In this document: positions 36,801 to 48,800 of the stretch, one piece after another
Layout: each line of letters starts with the position of its first letter
Numbering within the stretch: the stretch's first letter is position 1
Source of the DNA: Phoronis australis
Lineage: Eukaryota; Animalia; Phoronida
Length of the DNA: 63,996 bases
Direction: 5' to 3'
Assembly: GCA_002633005.1 (NCBI GenBank)
Contig: NMRA01000078.1
Span: forward strand, 186,005 to 250,000
Program-made: the position numbers and the translations under genes
Notes under the pieces: generated by a model
The model's input: only the letters and a program-made list of their open reading frames with translations
Database searches by the model: none
What the model was told of the DNA's origin: nothing

Positions 36801-39800
36801 GACTATGAGCAGGGTTCATAAAGAACTACTTTCACTGGTCCTCCATCTCAATTTCAAAACGTCTAAAGTGTGTGAATGAAACTGATGATTTACAAATGCC
36901 AACAAGATTCTAAGTCACTATGCTGACTAGTTACCCCTCCAAGCCCAAAACGTGATGTTGGCAATACACATGCTTGTGAGGGAAATTGGTGAGGATACTG
37001 TCACAAACCTATTCATAACTTGTCTCAAATCCTTAACTTTTACTTAGGCATCCCCAAAAATTTCTTTCCTCTGTTAAGTTGGACTCGTTTTTGGGTACTA
37101 AGACCATTGCAAGCCGAGAACCAATAGAATTCAACCGAGATTGAGGGTGAAGCAATAGATCAAAAATTGCCAAAATACAATACGTACTTGATACTATGTT
37201 ATATAAATCACACACTTGTTCATAAAAAGAATTGGCTGAAACTACAATAATAAAAGAAAAATAAATACAGGGCCATATATTCAGGAAAATTTTATTTCGA
37301 TGCGCTCCAGGAAACTGAACAGATGTGAGATTTTATTGAATTTTGCCATTGATAGTTTGTATATTTTGCCAACGCCATGCTGAGCTGTAGCCTACAAAAT
37401 ACAGATGACTAGGTCATTTCAAGACTTGCTCAAACATTGATGTTGGCAGGGTCTACCCATTTCCGTTTTAAGATTATTCATTCAAATAGTCCATTTATTT
37501 TGAATGATGTTTTCAAGGCACTTTAAGAAATTAACTTGATGGACGGGTATACTTTTATGAATGGTCGACATATAGCATGTTTTCAACATGACCTACCTAG
37601 AAAATGGCAGAGATGAAAGTTTAGGTGAAGAGAGCAATATGCAAGACCTTTATTTTTAACAAGGATAACTAGGCTTTGAAATTCCTGGCAGGAGACTGAG
37701 TGCTCTTGCAATGCCATTTCATTGTTTCCTACATACAAGCAGCTCAAATTCTTAACGCATGTTTTTACAAAAAATACTAAACAATGTCTAAATAGTTTTG
37801 AGTGCTAATCAATTTTTTAAATTTTTTTCGATGATTGCTGACCAGAATAATTCCTATAAAATCTGTGACTGAAAATTGAAAGAAAAAAAGAACCATCCCA
37901 ATTTGTCACAGACATGCTTTTTCCTGAGGATGTTTACCATAAAATCTGCAAGAGGTGTCGCACAAGCATGCTCATTTCAAAAATTAATGGACACGCCTTT
38001 TTACAAGCTACCCTTACACAGACTTTTAGCCATTATTTTTTATCCTTGTTGCTACAACACTGGTTTTAAATGGACTTGACATGTTTTGGTGTCATTTATT
38101 CAAACGCCATCATGAGAAGAGAGAATATAATGGCCACTTAGCTAGGTCCAGCAACAAGTAATGATCCACAGACACAGTCAGTTACAGGGAGTCACAATGA
38201 ACTAGACCAACAATGACAACCTGTGCTGTGCCAGTTGCCTATTGAGACTGGGCTTGCACCAACTGATGTGTGGAGCCTCACGAACTTCAAGCTCCTTTGT
38301 TGTTTCTGCCTGGTCTATTATTGAAAAGTCATTGAAAGAACAAGATTTAATTATTGATATGACTATTTTTATCATAATTTTTATTTATAATTAAGCAGAT
38401 GGCCTATACACACCAGGGATGTAAAACCAAGGTTCAAGCCAAATTACAAGCTATCAGAGATGAAAATGTGATCAGCTTACGCCTGTAAAATTACTGGCAA
38501 TTGGAAATATAAAGTTCACAAAACATTGTTTTCATTAAACAATGGGTATACAAAAATTTATACTGATTCTATCAAGGAGTTAAACCGAAATGCCTAGTCT
38601 ATTTTGTACGGAATCAAAAACAGAATTCCACAAGGAAATATTTTGCTGTCTTGCTCCTTAATAAAGAAAATTGTTTCCAAGTGTCAACTCAGTTTTAAAA
38701 AACCTGGAAAAGTCTGATGGATTAACAACACATGCCTTAAGGCAAAACAGAGCATTTTATTTGAAAAACACTTTTTATGCATGATTTATTTCACTTCGTT
38801 TGGGATGTCGACTTGACCTAATTAGTGGCTTTCAAGGAGAGCCTGTAACCACCAATTTTATTGAAGACTAGACTCGATAATGGACCAATCACATAGCCTG
38901 AAATAAAAATATTCAAAGCGTGGCACGCAATTCGTCAATTTTTGAGTTGAGTCTCGAGTGAAGTTTGACAGACACCGGCCCAGGACAGAAGCACATAGTT
39001 TTGTTTGATTAGGAAACTTTTGTAATTTGCAGGTAGAGCAAGTGAGACAGAATAAGCTCCAACGCATAACGCATATTTAGAACAAAAAATCTGAAAAGGC
39101 TTATTAACTATTTGCCTGTTATTCACAAAAAATGCCATCAACAAAACAGCTAGTAACCACCACAGCAACAACTCTGAGTAGCTGATAGCAATAAAACTAC
39201 AAAATATGACAAAAATCTAATTTATTGAATTTTTTCAGTTCTTCAGTTAAACTGTCATTAAGTGGCCATTAAGTTGTATTAGCTGCAGTGACACCTAGCG
39301 TCACAAATTCCCGTGTGTTTTCCATTAAAATCTGATAAATCCCGGGAAGTGCCCAAGCCGCCATTACGGCCACTCAGCCAAGAAGAGATGTATTGCGGTC
39401 ATCAGGTTGTTCACAATACCTGCTGGTGCTGACGGCGCCCTCCGCGAGACCGTGGGAACAGGTACGGCCGTGGATGGGGACTGGGGTACCACCTGCACCC
39501 CTCCAGGACTGGACTTGGCCGAGTTGATGTCTCGCACTGCCGCCTTGCCCTGCTTAATCCTCGGAGAGGTCATGCCAGTGGCGATACGATAATACTCCAT
39601 CCATTGGTCGACTAACAACCTGCAGGAGTTAAACAATAGCACCATAAACTTTCACCAATTTTAAGACATTAAATTGCAGGAATGATTATACTTTCATTTT
39701 TTCACATACTAAAAGCAGAAACAAATATCAGTCTTAGGATGCTGAACCATCAAACAATATTTTGGGAAATTGTGGCTGTTCACAACAATGTCAGATTCAG

Positions 39801-42800
39801 TCTTTGAAGAACGGAAAGACCGGCAAAAGTTGGCAATTATATGTTTCTAAAATTGATGACATTTTACAGTTTTTTGGGTAATCTGTGAAACTACATCAAG
39901 AAGAACATTCAAAAAGATTATGACACTCAGTGAACTAATATATCGATGAAAAAGACATCAAAGAACCTTTAAGTATTTCTATAGCTGTGACAGTGCATTC
40001 ACTAATTTATGAATGACAGACTGTTTAACTCAGTAAAACCCAAGACAAACCTTGAAGAAATTTACTTTACCTGACTTTTCCTCTAAGCTTGTGAAGCTGT
40101 TTCTCACACTCATTCTCAGGGGGCGCCACACGTTCCTTTTCTGGTTCAGTGTCTTCAGCAGTTTTCTTCTCCTAAGGTGAGAAATTGTGAACAATGTCAG
40201 TCATGATGTACAGGGTGCCCCAAAAACATGAAAATATTTCAGTACAATGATGGGAGTTCAAATTCAGATCGCATGAATCAAACTCTATGCGCCAACCTAC
40301 TGACAACTTGCTGTGAAAGTAGTCGTGTGAGTAGTCATGTGAGTGGTCATGTGAGTGGTCATGTGAGTGGTCATGTGAGTGGTCATGTGCTCTGAATGCA
40401 TGGGTATGGTAAGCAAATGACTCAATTTTGGAGAAAGAAAATTTTATGACGCAAAATGCTGGTGTAACTAATAAAAAGTCAAGGAAGTGCAAAAACAAAT
40501 AAACAAATAAACCTTCTTCACTGAAGTCAGACAATAAACAAATGAATGCATTTATTAACATAATTCCTTTTGGACCACCTCAATTCAAACCAGTAATAAA
40601 CAGCAAAGTTAATTCATTTGAAGAGTAAGTACATTTAGCTATGAAGTACAATTCCGTCACTGTCTATTCCACATCGAACCATTATGTCCCTCTAAAGCAG
40701 TATGGCAAATAAGTGCCAGACTACCTCCTTCAAGTACCTAACTGAGCTAAACTTCATCGAAGACTCGATAATTCTGCAATGTCATGAAGGGGCATTATCG
40801 ATTTTACAACAAAAATTCATTTCGGGTCTAGTTGTTGGATGGGATAGACGTCTTCTCCTCTCTTTAACACAGCTAAGTAAACCAAATAAACATAGCAGGA
40901 TTTCGGCCTAAATTTAGTTTCCTGATTTTTTTCTACTTACTAGCAACAGATTCCTCCTACCTATTGGAGGGAACATACTACTTCTTCTCTGCAAATCAAA
41001 CCACATGATTTCAAGCTAAATGTCTGCTAAAACCTTACGATTATATTGTAACAAATAATTTTAATAAAGTCGTACATACGCAAAAGATAGCTTCTTTGAA
41101 CGCACAATGAAATGTTCAAATTTCCCTAATCTATCGACGAAGCAAAAAATTTTCAAAATTACAATGCATTGTTTTAAAGGGGCATTTCCCTCTTACAAAA
41201 AAAATTGATGACTTTTAATACTTTCTACTTCTCAATGGTGTGGACAATCTGTTATGGAATGAAAGCCTTTTTCTACCATAGCACAGAGAAAATGGCAACA
41301 TATTTTGTTTGGTTGAGTAACCTGGTCCCTAGTTAGTGTTTTAGGCAGTGAGTTGAAAGCACCTTTAAGAATGCAAAGGACCGTAGAAAATGTCCAAATT
41401 TGGCTACCTTCAGAACATTATAACCAATAAATGACTGATTGGATAAAAATAGGAGTCCTTTCTGTTTTTTTTTTTAACAAAACAGTTGCATAAAGTGAAA
41501 ACCAAATGATAATTTAAAGAAATGTAACAGCATTTTTGAGGTTTTGTCTTAAACATTCATATCACACATGCCATTGTTTTGTTTATCTTCATTTTTTAAT
41601 AAAAATGCACGGTCACATGACCCAATTAACAGCAGATAGGCATAACGCCAAAAATCAAACTCTACAGACTTTTTACTTTCAGATTAGTTGAAATATTATT
41701 TTGAAGATATTTGGCTGAAGGCAGACTTGTCAGTAACGTCCTACTGTAACGATTGCCTTACTAAAGAGTCCGTTCCTAGACTTATCGCATTACAATTATA
41801 ACAAAAGAGCTTATAGTTCACATATATATGAGGCCCCATAACTACTTGCACGGTATTAGCGCCACCTACCTTACTCTTGAACTTGAATGAACTAACACTG
41901 TGATTGACTCGTCGGTTATGGTAGGCTTGTTGGTACTTCCGCGATTTGCTCAGAAGTTTGGCGGCGTCGGATGAGAACACCAGGGACATCTGTAGCTGAC
42001 CCTAAAAAACCACATGTTTAAAATTCAGTAAATCAGAAATTAAGACATGGACTTTGTTATGTTAGGGGTTATTTGATGTTTTTGGTCGTACTTTCTCCTA
42101 GCTCAGTGCAGCTTTAACTACTACAGCTGTACACTAAACGTCAAATATAATCACACAAAATAACCCAGTACCATTTGTCATTCTGATAACAATGTCCTTC
42201 ACATGTCTGACTCGGCTCAGTAGTGTGTTAGCGAGCCTAAACTTTGAAAACTAGGTGAATCACACAATGTGTTTTTCTACCTCCTCAAAGAGGGGAGCTG
42301 AATACGGGATATGGGTATTAACTATTCTTACTGCAGCCCTGAACACAACTCCCAGAGTGTACTACAGCAACCATTACCGTTTCATTTTCGTCCTGCTCTA
42401 AAATATCCTGAGTCAGCCCCACACTAAACTTGAGGTTCTCTTTCATACAGCTGTAGAAGAGATGCATAGACGTCTGGTTCTGGCACCGGAATGTGATGTA
42501 GTCATTCAACTGGGAAAAGAAGCAAGACTAAGTTATTGAGCTACTGACCTGTGTGGAAATGCATGAACTCGATGGAACAACAACTGTTACATTTCATTCA
42601 ACAGCTCTTTCCAAACATTTCAGTGTAGTTTCACCCGAGTGATTTTGCGATAAAACCAACGTTATTTGCGAATGACTGGAAGGTGACCAGCTGACCTAGA
42701 TTTAACTCGCCCTAAGACCACATGACTGCCTTCAAGTTTCAGAGTGAAAATATGCAAATTACTTTACAGCTATGATAAATTTTGTGATATTTTTGAAAAA

Positions 42801-45800
42801 TCAGCCCAAAAGGAAATTTGAATACGCTGCTGTTTGAATGCCTTTCAATTAAAATTGTACGAAAAATATACAATATCATTAATGTAAGCTCTCAACATTT
42901 CTCACCTGAATTATGATAGCAGCAGGTATTCGTGCTGAGCCAGGGGGCCACTTCCACCTCTTACTGACGGAGCCATCTAGCTCCTGAATTGTACCTCCAC
43001 AGTCCATTGCACAAAATCTGGAATAATTATCGAAAATTTGACAAAAACAATTAATACCAGCGTGGTAACACCATACAGAAGCATGACATCATAACCAACC
43101 AATAACATTGATTGTAACATCTATTTGTTCAAACAAGAACTTTTCTCATCTGGTCCCAAACACATGAAAAAGTGTTGCACAAACGTGTCTATGCAATAAA
43201 ATGACAAGAATCTCTACAAGATGTTTTCTAACAATTAAAATTTGCCTTGCTAAACCACGTCCGAAGTTCTTGAAATTTTACTTTAAGAAGTCACTAGTTA
43301 ATTATGGAAATTAATGAAAAATCTTCATTTTATGTTGATGTCATGCTTACATTAGACAAAAATATACAATAATTCTCCAGTTAAATGATGAGTCACAGAC
43401 GCTGACAATTACTTTAAAATGCAGCAAAAGGATGAGCGTCAACAAACCAATTCTCAAATCTCCTTTGCTATCTTAAAACCAGAAACTAACAAGCACTATT
43501 AGTTTACTACAACTCACTTGATTTGACCATTTTCATGGTAGATGGAGGCGCGCCCTGTTGGCGTGAACACAGCCATGAGATTACCAAGGTCACTGAAGAC
43601 TGTTGTGTAGAAGTTGTCTTTTCCCCGCCCTCGGGACATCACAATAGCCTGTCTGCCAGATGGGTAGCTAAGCAACCAGTTAAGGATTTAGACACCACAC
43701 AATCACTATGAATATTGTAATGAATATTATGAATTTCACCCATACTATAATTACCATTAATACATCATTTTCATGCCAAAAGTCACAATATCTGTTTACA
43801 GATTATTCAATAGGTCTGTAAGCCTCTCTTTGAGAAATTAATACAAAATGCAAAAATAAGGTACACCTTTTCAAAAACAAAAGAACAAATGGCCGGATAC
43901 AAACATACATGCTGATGTAATGCAATACCACTACATTCACAAAGGTTTTAATTTTGAATGCCAATTAATAACATGTTGCAGCAAAATATCAGAATTTTCA
44001 TCAACCATGCCTTAACAGTGCTCTGAAGTCAGCTAATAGGACACCTTGCCTGACAACTCAAGAGCTGTGATAAATAAAACACTACAGCAGATTGTCAGTT
44101 TCAAGTATGCCCCAAAGTACTCAAGTTCCCCTATCCAGAGCTGCCAACAGTAGGCCAAAGTCCACTTCAGTGTTTACAAACACTGCTGGCCTTAAGAAAT
44201 AGCTTAAAATAGTTGTATGCAATTAATGTTGGGTTGAATTTCCATTCACCAGATACCTTTATGTAGAACTCTGCCAGTGTTGGGATAACAACAAGTAGCA
44301 TAAATATAATACATTTTGACAAGGCCAAAAAGCTTAATTGGATCTAGATTATCGATTTCAATTTTTCAACAGTTAAATGACTCATTCTTATTAAAATGAC
44401 ACAATGCAAATCTGCCAGTGTTGAGATAACAACAAGTAGCATAATTATATTACATTAATCATAGACTTCTAATAACCCGATTGAAGCCAAAAGCCTTAAA
44501 CAGAACTTGATTGTTGATTTAAACATATGTAACAGTTAAATGTCATTGACTAATTTCGGACAAAAATAATTGGCAAAATTAACCTTTTTCATTTTTCAAG
44601 GGCTTATAGAATTGTTGTAAATGACCATAGTTTAAATCAAAAGCATTGTCTAGTGGTTGCCATAGAACTTCACACATCTTTTGTAAAAAAAATGAAAAAA
44701 TAATTTAAATTTCACTTTTCTACCACACTGTGTAACAAATTGACGAGATTTTACTATAACTATGAACCCCATGAGAGACTTTTGCTGCTTTTAGGATTCT
44801 CTCATCTCTCACTGCATAAATAATGGCCGTATTGAATCTGCTACTTGGCAACAGAATAGGGTAACAGTCACTGTCGGAGACTAATCACACACTCTCGTAT
44901 TACGTCATAAACAAAGTAGGGCGACCCTAAGATTTGTTAAAACAATAAGTAACCAATTTCTTTTTTCATTCTTCCAAGTGAGCAAGACATACACTTCCCG
45001 AGATCACGCCAGAATAACGCATAACAAGACAAATCTACATTTCTGGTAACAAAAATATAGCGTCAGTGGATTCCTCTCATTCAAGGATGAATTGTGACTG
45101 AATTTTAATGCTCATAACAATTTCTGTCACACCACAGGTGTAGCAGTTAAGTCATTTCCAGGATCTACAATGATCAGGCAGAGTCTTATCAATCACTGTG
45201 ACTAAGATGGGCAGTCAAGTGTGCATAGGCCAATTACTCACTGAAGGCAAGCAAGTATCCTAAACACCCCACTATTGACAGATCAATCGTGGGGTTGAAC
45301 ACTCATGAGTGGCCAATGACAAAGGGTGGGAAACCAGCGATTTTATAGTGCAAGGTGCCAGGCAACAACGTGTTGGGGGACAGCATGATGAGGGCGATTT
45401 GAACTCCACGACCTCCCATCTATCCATCCACCACCGATGTTTTAAGGGTATTTATGTGCATTTTTGACAGCGACACTACACTTATCCAATAACAAAAGGA
45501 TACTACACTACTGTGCTTCCATCGTCAATAGTAACCATCAACCTCCGTTTGTGAGCGTTCTCTTTCTCGTCCACATTGGATGGCATTCTTGGCTTCTGAC
45601 CTTTCAATAAAGGAGGCTTAGATTTGACAGACTTCCTTGGTTGACCAGATATCTCCTTGCCTTTGTCTCCATAGTAACGGATGACCACTGATTTATCATT
45701 GCCCTTTTCTTTACTGACTTCATTGAGCTCTTTTCTGTAAAAAGTATAAAAATTAAAAAGATGGAATTGGGAAAACATAATTTCCACGAAAGATTTCTGT

Positions 45801-48800
45801 ATATTAAAGACAAGAAATAATAAACTAAAGGTCTGGAGCACACCTTAACGTAAGAATAATTAATTTATAGTTTATGTACATAAAACAGAACATAAATAAT
45901 AAGGCGTTTACAAAAAGTGCAATACATACACGTCAGGTATAACAAAGGCAATTCATTATAATTGTGTGCCATGTGAATATATAATTATTCAATTCGTTCA
46001 AACAAATAAATGAAAACTACTCTAACTTAATAATACTACTTTCAATTTTAGTAACTTACAAATTATTACATTTATTCTGTTTTAGGAAAATTAATAAATG
46101 AAACGAACACAGGGTTATTTTTTAAGTTGTTTACATTGCCCTAATACATGAACACTTCAACAACAAATACTTTGCATATTAGATTTTAAGACCAACCTTA
46201 CAAATTATAGACATTTAAAAGAAACCAGAAACAGACTTGAATCCATGCCAGGACACTATCTTGCTAAACAGATCATCTTCAAGTGTCTATTGTCACACTA
46301 CATGCCTGAGACCTAGTCTGTTAATTCAAAGAACATTTGCCATTAGCCTGTGTGACTCCATGGTGCTAATGGTTTCAACACAAATGATTAGCTTGTAAGT
46401 TTAGATGAATATATACAAGGAGGACCAACTCTTTGTTTAGGTTAATAAAGTAACACATGCCAATAGAGGTTAAGAGGCATTTTCAAGACTTAAGAAGAAA
46501 ACCCATGATAAATAGAAGAGCAGCTAATTACAATGACCTTGTGGACCAGCCTCTTGACTATGTACTGGAGTTTCAATTAATTTTGTTGATTTTTGTTGCA
46601 TAGATGTCATTTTCACTCCCATTAAATTTCTCAATTTCTGAACATTATATTATTTGTTACAGCACATAAATGCAAAATTGACACATTTTGTAACATATTA
46701 ATTGTCCATGCACTCAGAAATTTCGGATATCAATAAATATGCTGATTTTGTGATTCCTCCATTAAGCCCTAAACTGAAAATTTTTGTTGATGGATTCATC
46801 GGGTCTCCATGTGCTCAGAATGTACAAGGTAAACACCATCTGAATGGTTAGATTGACTAGTAAATGACAAAGAAAATACAAGAGAGATCAACAATGATTC
46901 AGATGAACTTTCCCTGCAAACTTTGCAGAAAGCATATTTTTTATTTCTTTTTAATTATTAATATTGTATATCTTGTTATAGTTTATTGTTTTAGAGGACC
47001 ATCTAGTAGGCAACCTATGCAAAACATGTTTTTATCCTTGTAAACCTTGATTTTGTTTATTGTTTTAGAGGACTATGTGGTAGACAATCTATGCAAAACA
47101 TGTTTTTATCCTTGTAAACCTTGATTTTGTTTATTGTTTTAGAGGACTATGTGGTAGACAATCTATGCAAAACATGTTTTTGTCCTTGTAAACCTTGATT
47201 TTGTTTATTGTTTTAGAGGACTATGTGGTTAGACAATCTATGCTTAACATGTTTTTATCCTTGTAAACCTTGATTTTGTTTATTGTTTTAGAGGACTATG
47301 TGGTTAGACAATCTATGCTTAACATGTTTTTATCCTCTCTAAATGAAAAATCTTATCTTAGCCTTAAAAAAATAAAATGGATTTAACAATCCACCATGAC
47401 TTTAATTGCATGGCACTGCATCACCTATCCTACAAGAAAAAGCCAAGTGATACATAAAGGCAAAAAAGTTGTCTACTAAACGCACACCTTTAATTAACAC
47501 ACCAGTACCATGTAAACCCTACTTACATTTGTTTGAGGACATATTGTAGTCTCTTGACCAGTATCAAGTAAACATTACTTACATTTGTTTGAGGACATAT
47601 TGTAGTCTCTTGACCAGTACCATGTAAGCACTACTTACATTTGTTTGAGGACATATTGTAGTCTCTTGACCAGTACCATGTAAGCACTACTTACATTTGT
47701 TTGAGGACATATTGTAGTCTCTTGACCAGTACCATGTAAGCACTACTTACATTTGTTTGAGGACATATTGTAGTCTCTTGACCAGTACCATGTAAGCACT
47801 ACTTACATTTGTTTGAGGACGTATTGTAGTCTCTTGACCAGTACCATGTAAGCACTACTTACATTTGTTTGAGGACGTATTGTAGTGTCTTGACCAGTAC
47901 CATGTAAGCACTACTTACATTTGTTTGAGGACATATTGTAGTCTCTTGACCAGTACCATGTAAACACGACTTACATTTGTTTGAGGACATATTGTAGTCT
48001 CTTGACCAGTACCATGTAAACATTACTTACATTTGTTTGAGGACATATTGTAGTCTCTTGACCGCCCACTCTAGAACAGCATTCTTTTTATCCACCTGAG
48101 TGTCGTCAATCTCCTCTACAGCCGGGTGGATGATCCAGCCTGGAATGAGAATAGTCACCACGACAGGTGAAGATGTGAACAGGGACCGAAGGCTATATAA
48201 CATATTTACACAATGATAAAATAAAACAGTCATGTCAAAAATATAAAAATAACTACAATAAAAAACAATAAAAACAACAAATAACGCTATTTACAAACTG
48301 AAATGCAAATACGATGACAATTATAAAAATGATAATGATAACAATAATGATACAATAATAACTGATGAGCCCCCAGTTCCCCTTTTCAAAGATGAAAAAC
48401 ATAATAGTTACAAACAGCATGGTTCTCATGGTTCTTATGTCAATAAAAAGTAACACAGGAAAAATTATTGGATGGTCAAGACTGGCTTGGAATTTTGTAC
48501 TTAATTGGCATCTTTAAACTAATAATTATGTAAATTTCACTCCTCTTTGGACTTGTCATGGTCTGCATCTTGTGAAGGCTACTATGTAATTAATATGATA
48601 ATCATATTCACCAGTTTAGAACACCAGATGGCAGTCAAGTAGCATTTTACTTCAGTAACCAATTAAGTTCTCAACAAATGACAAAGAAAATTTCATTCTG
48701 CTGTTTCCAGGCTTTGCACCGTAAAACTATCAAAAATTAACATTCCACAAGATAGGAAATGAAAAATTGGAAACTGATTATGTGGAAAATTACAGGAGAA

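Noticed and set aside
40172-40561. ORF with HDHS repeats suggesting a metal-binding protein
   Set aside because: A 12-bp intronic repeat; the real exon starts at 40171.
47501-48063. CRISPR-like regular array (also 24325-24700 and 25095-25552)
   Set aside because: Units are head-to-tail with no unique spacers, there are no cas genes, and the context is eukaryotic.
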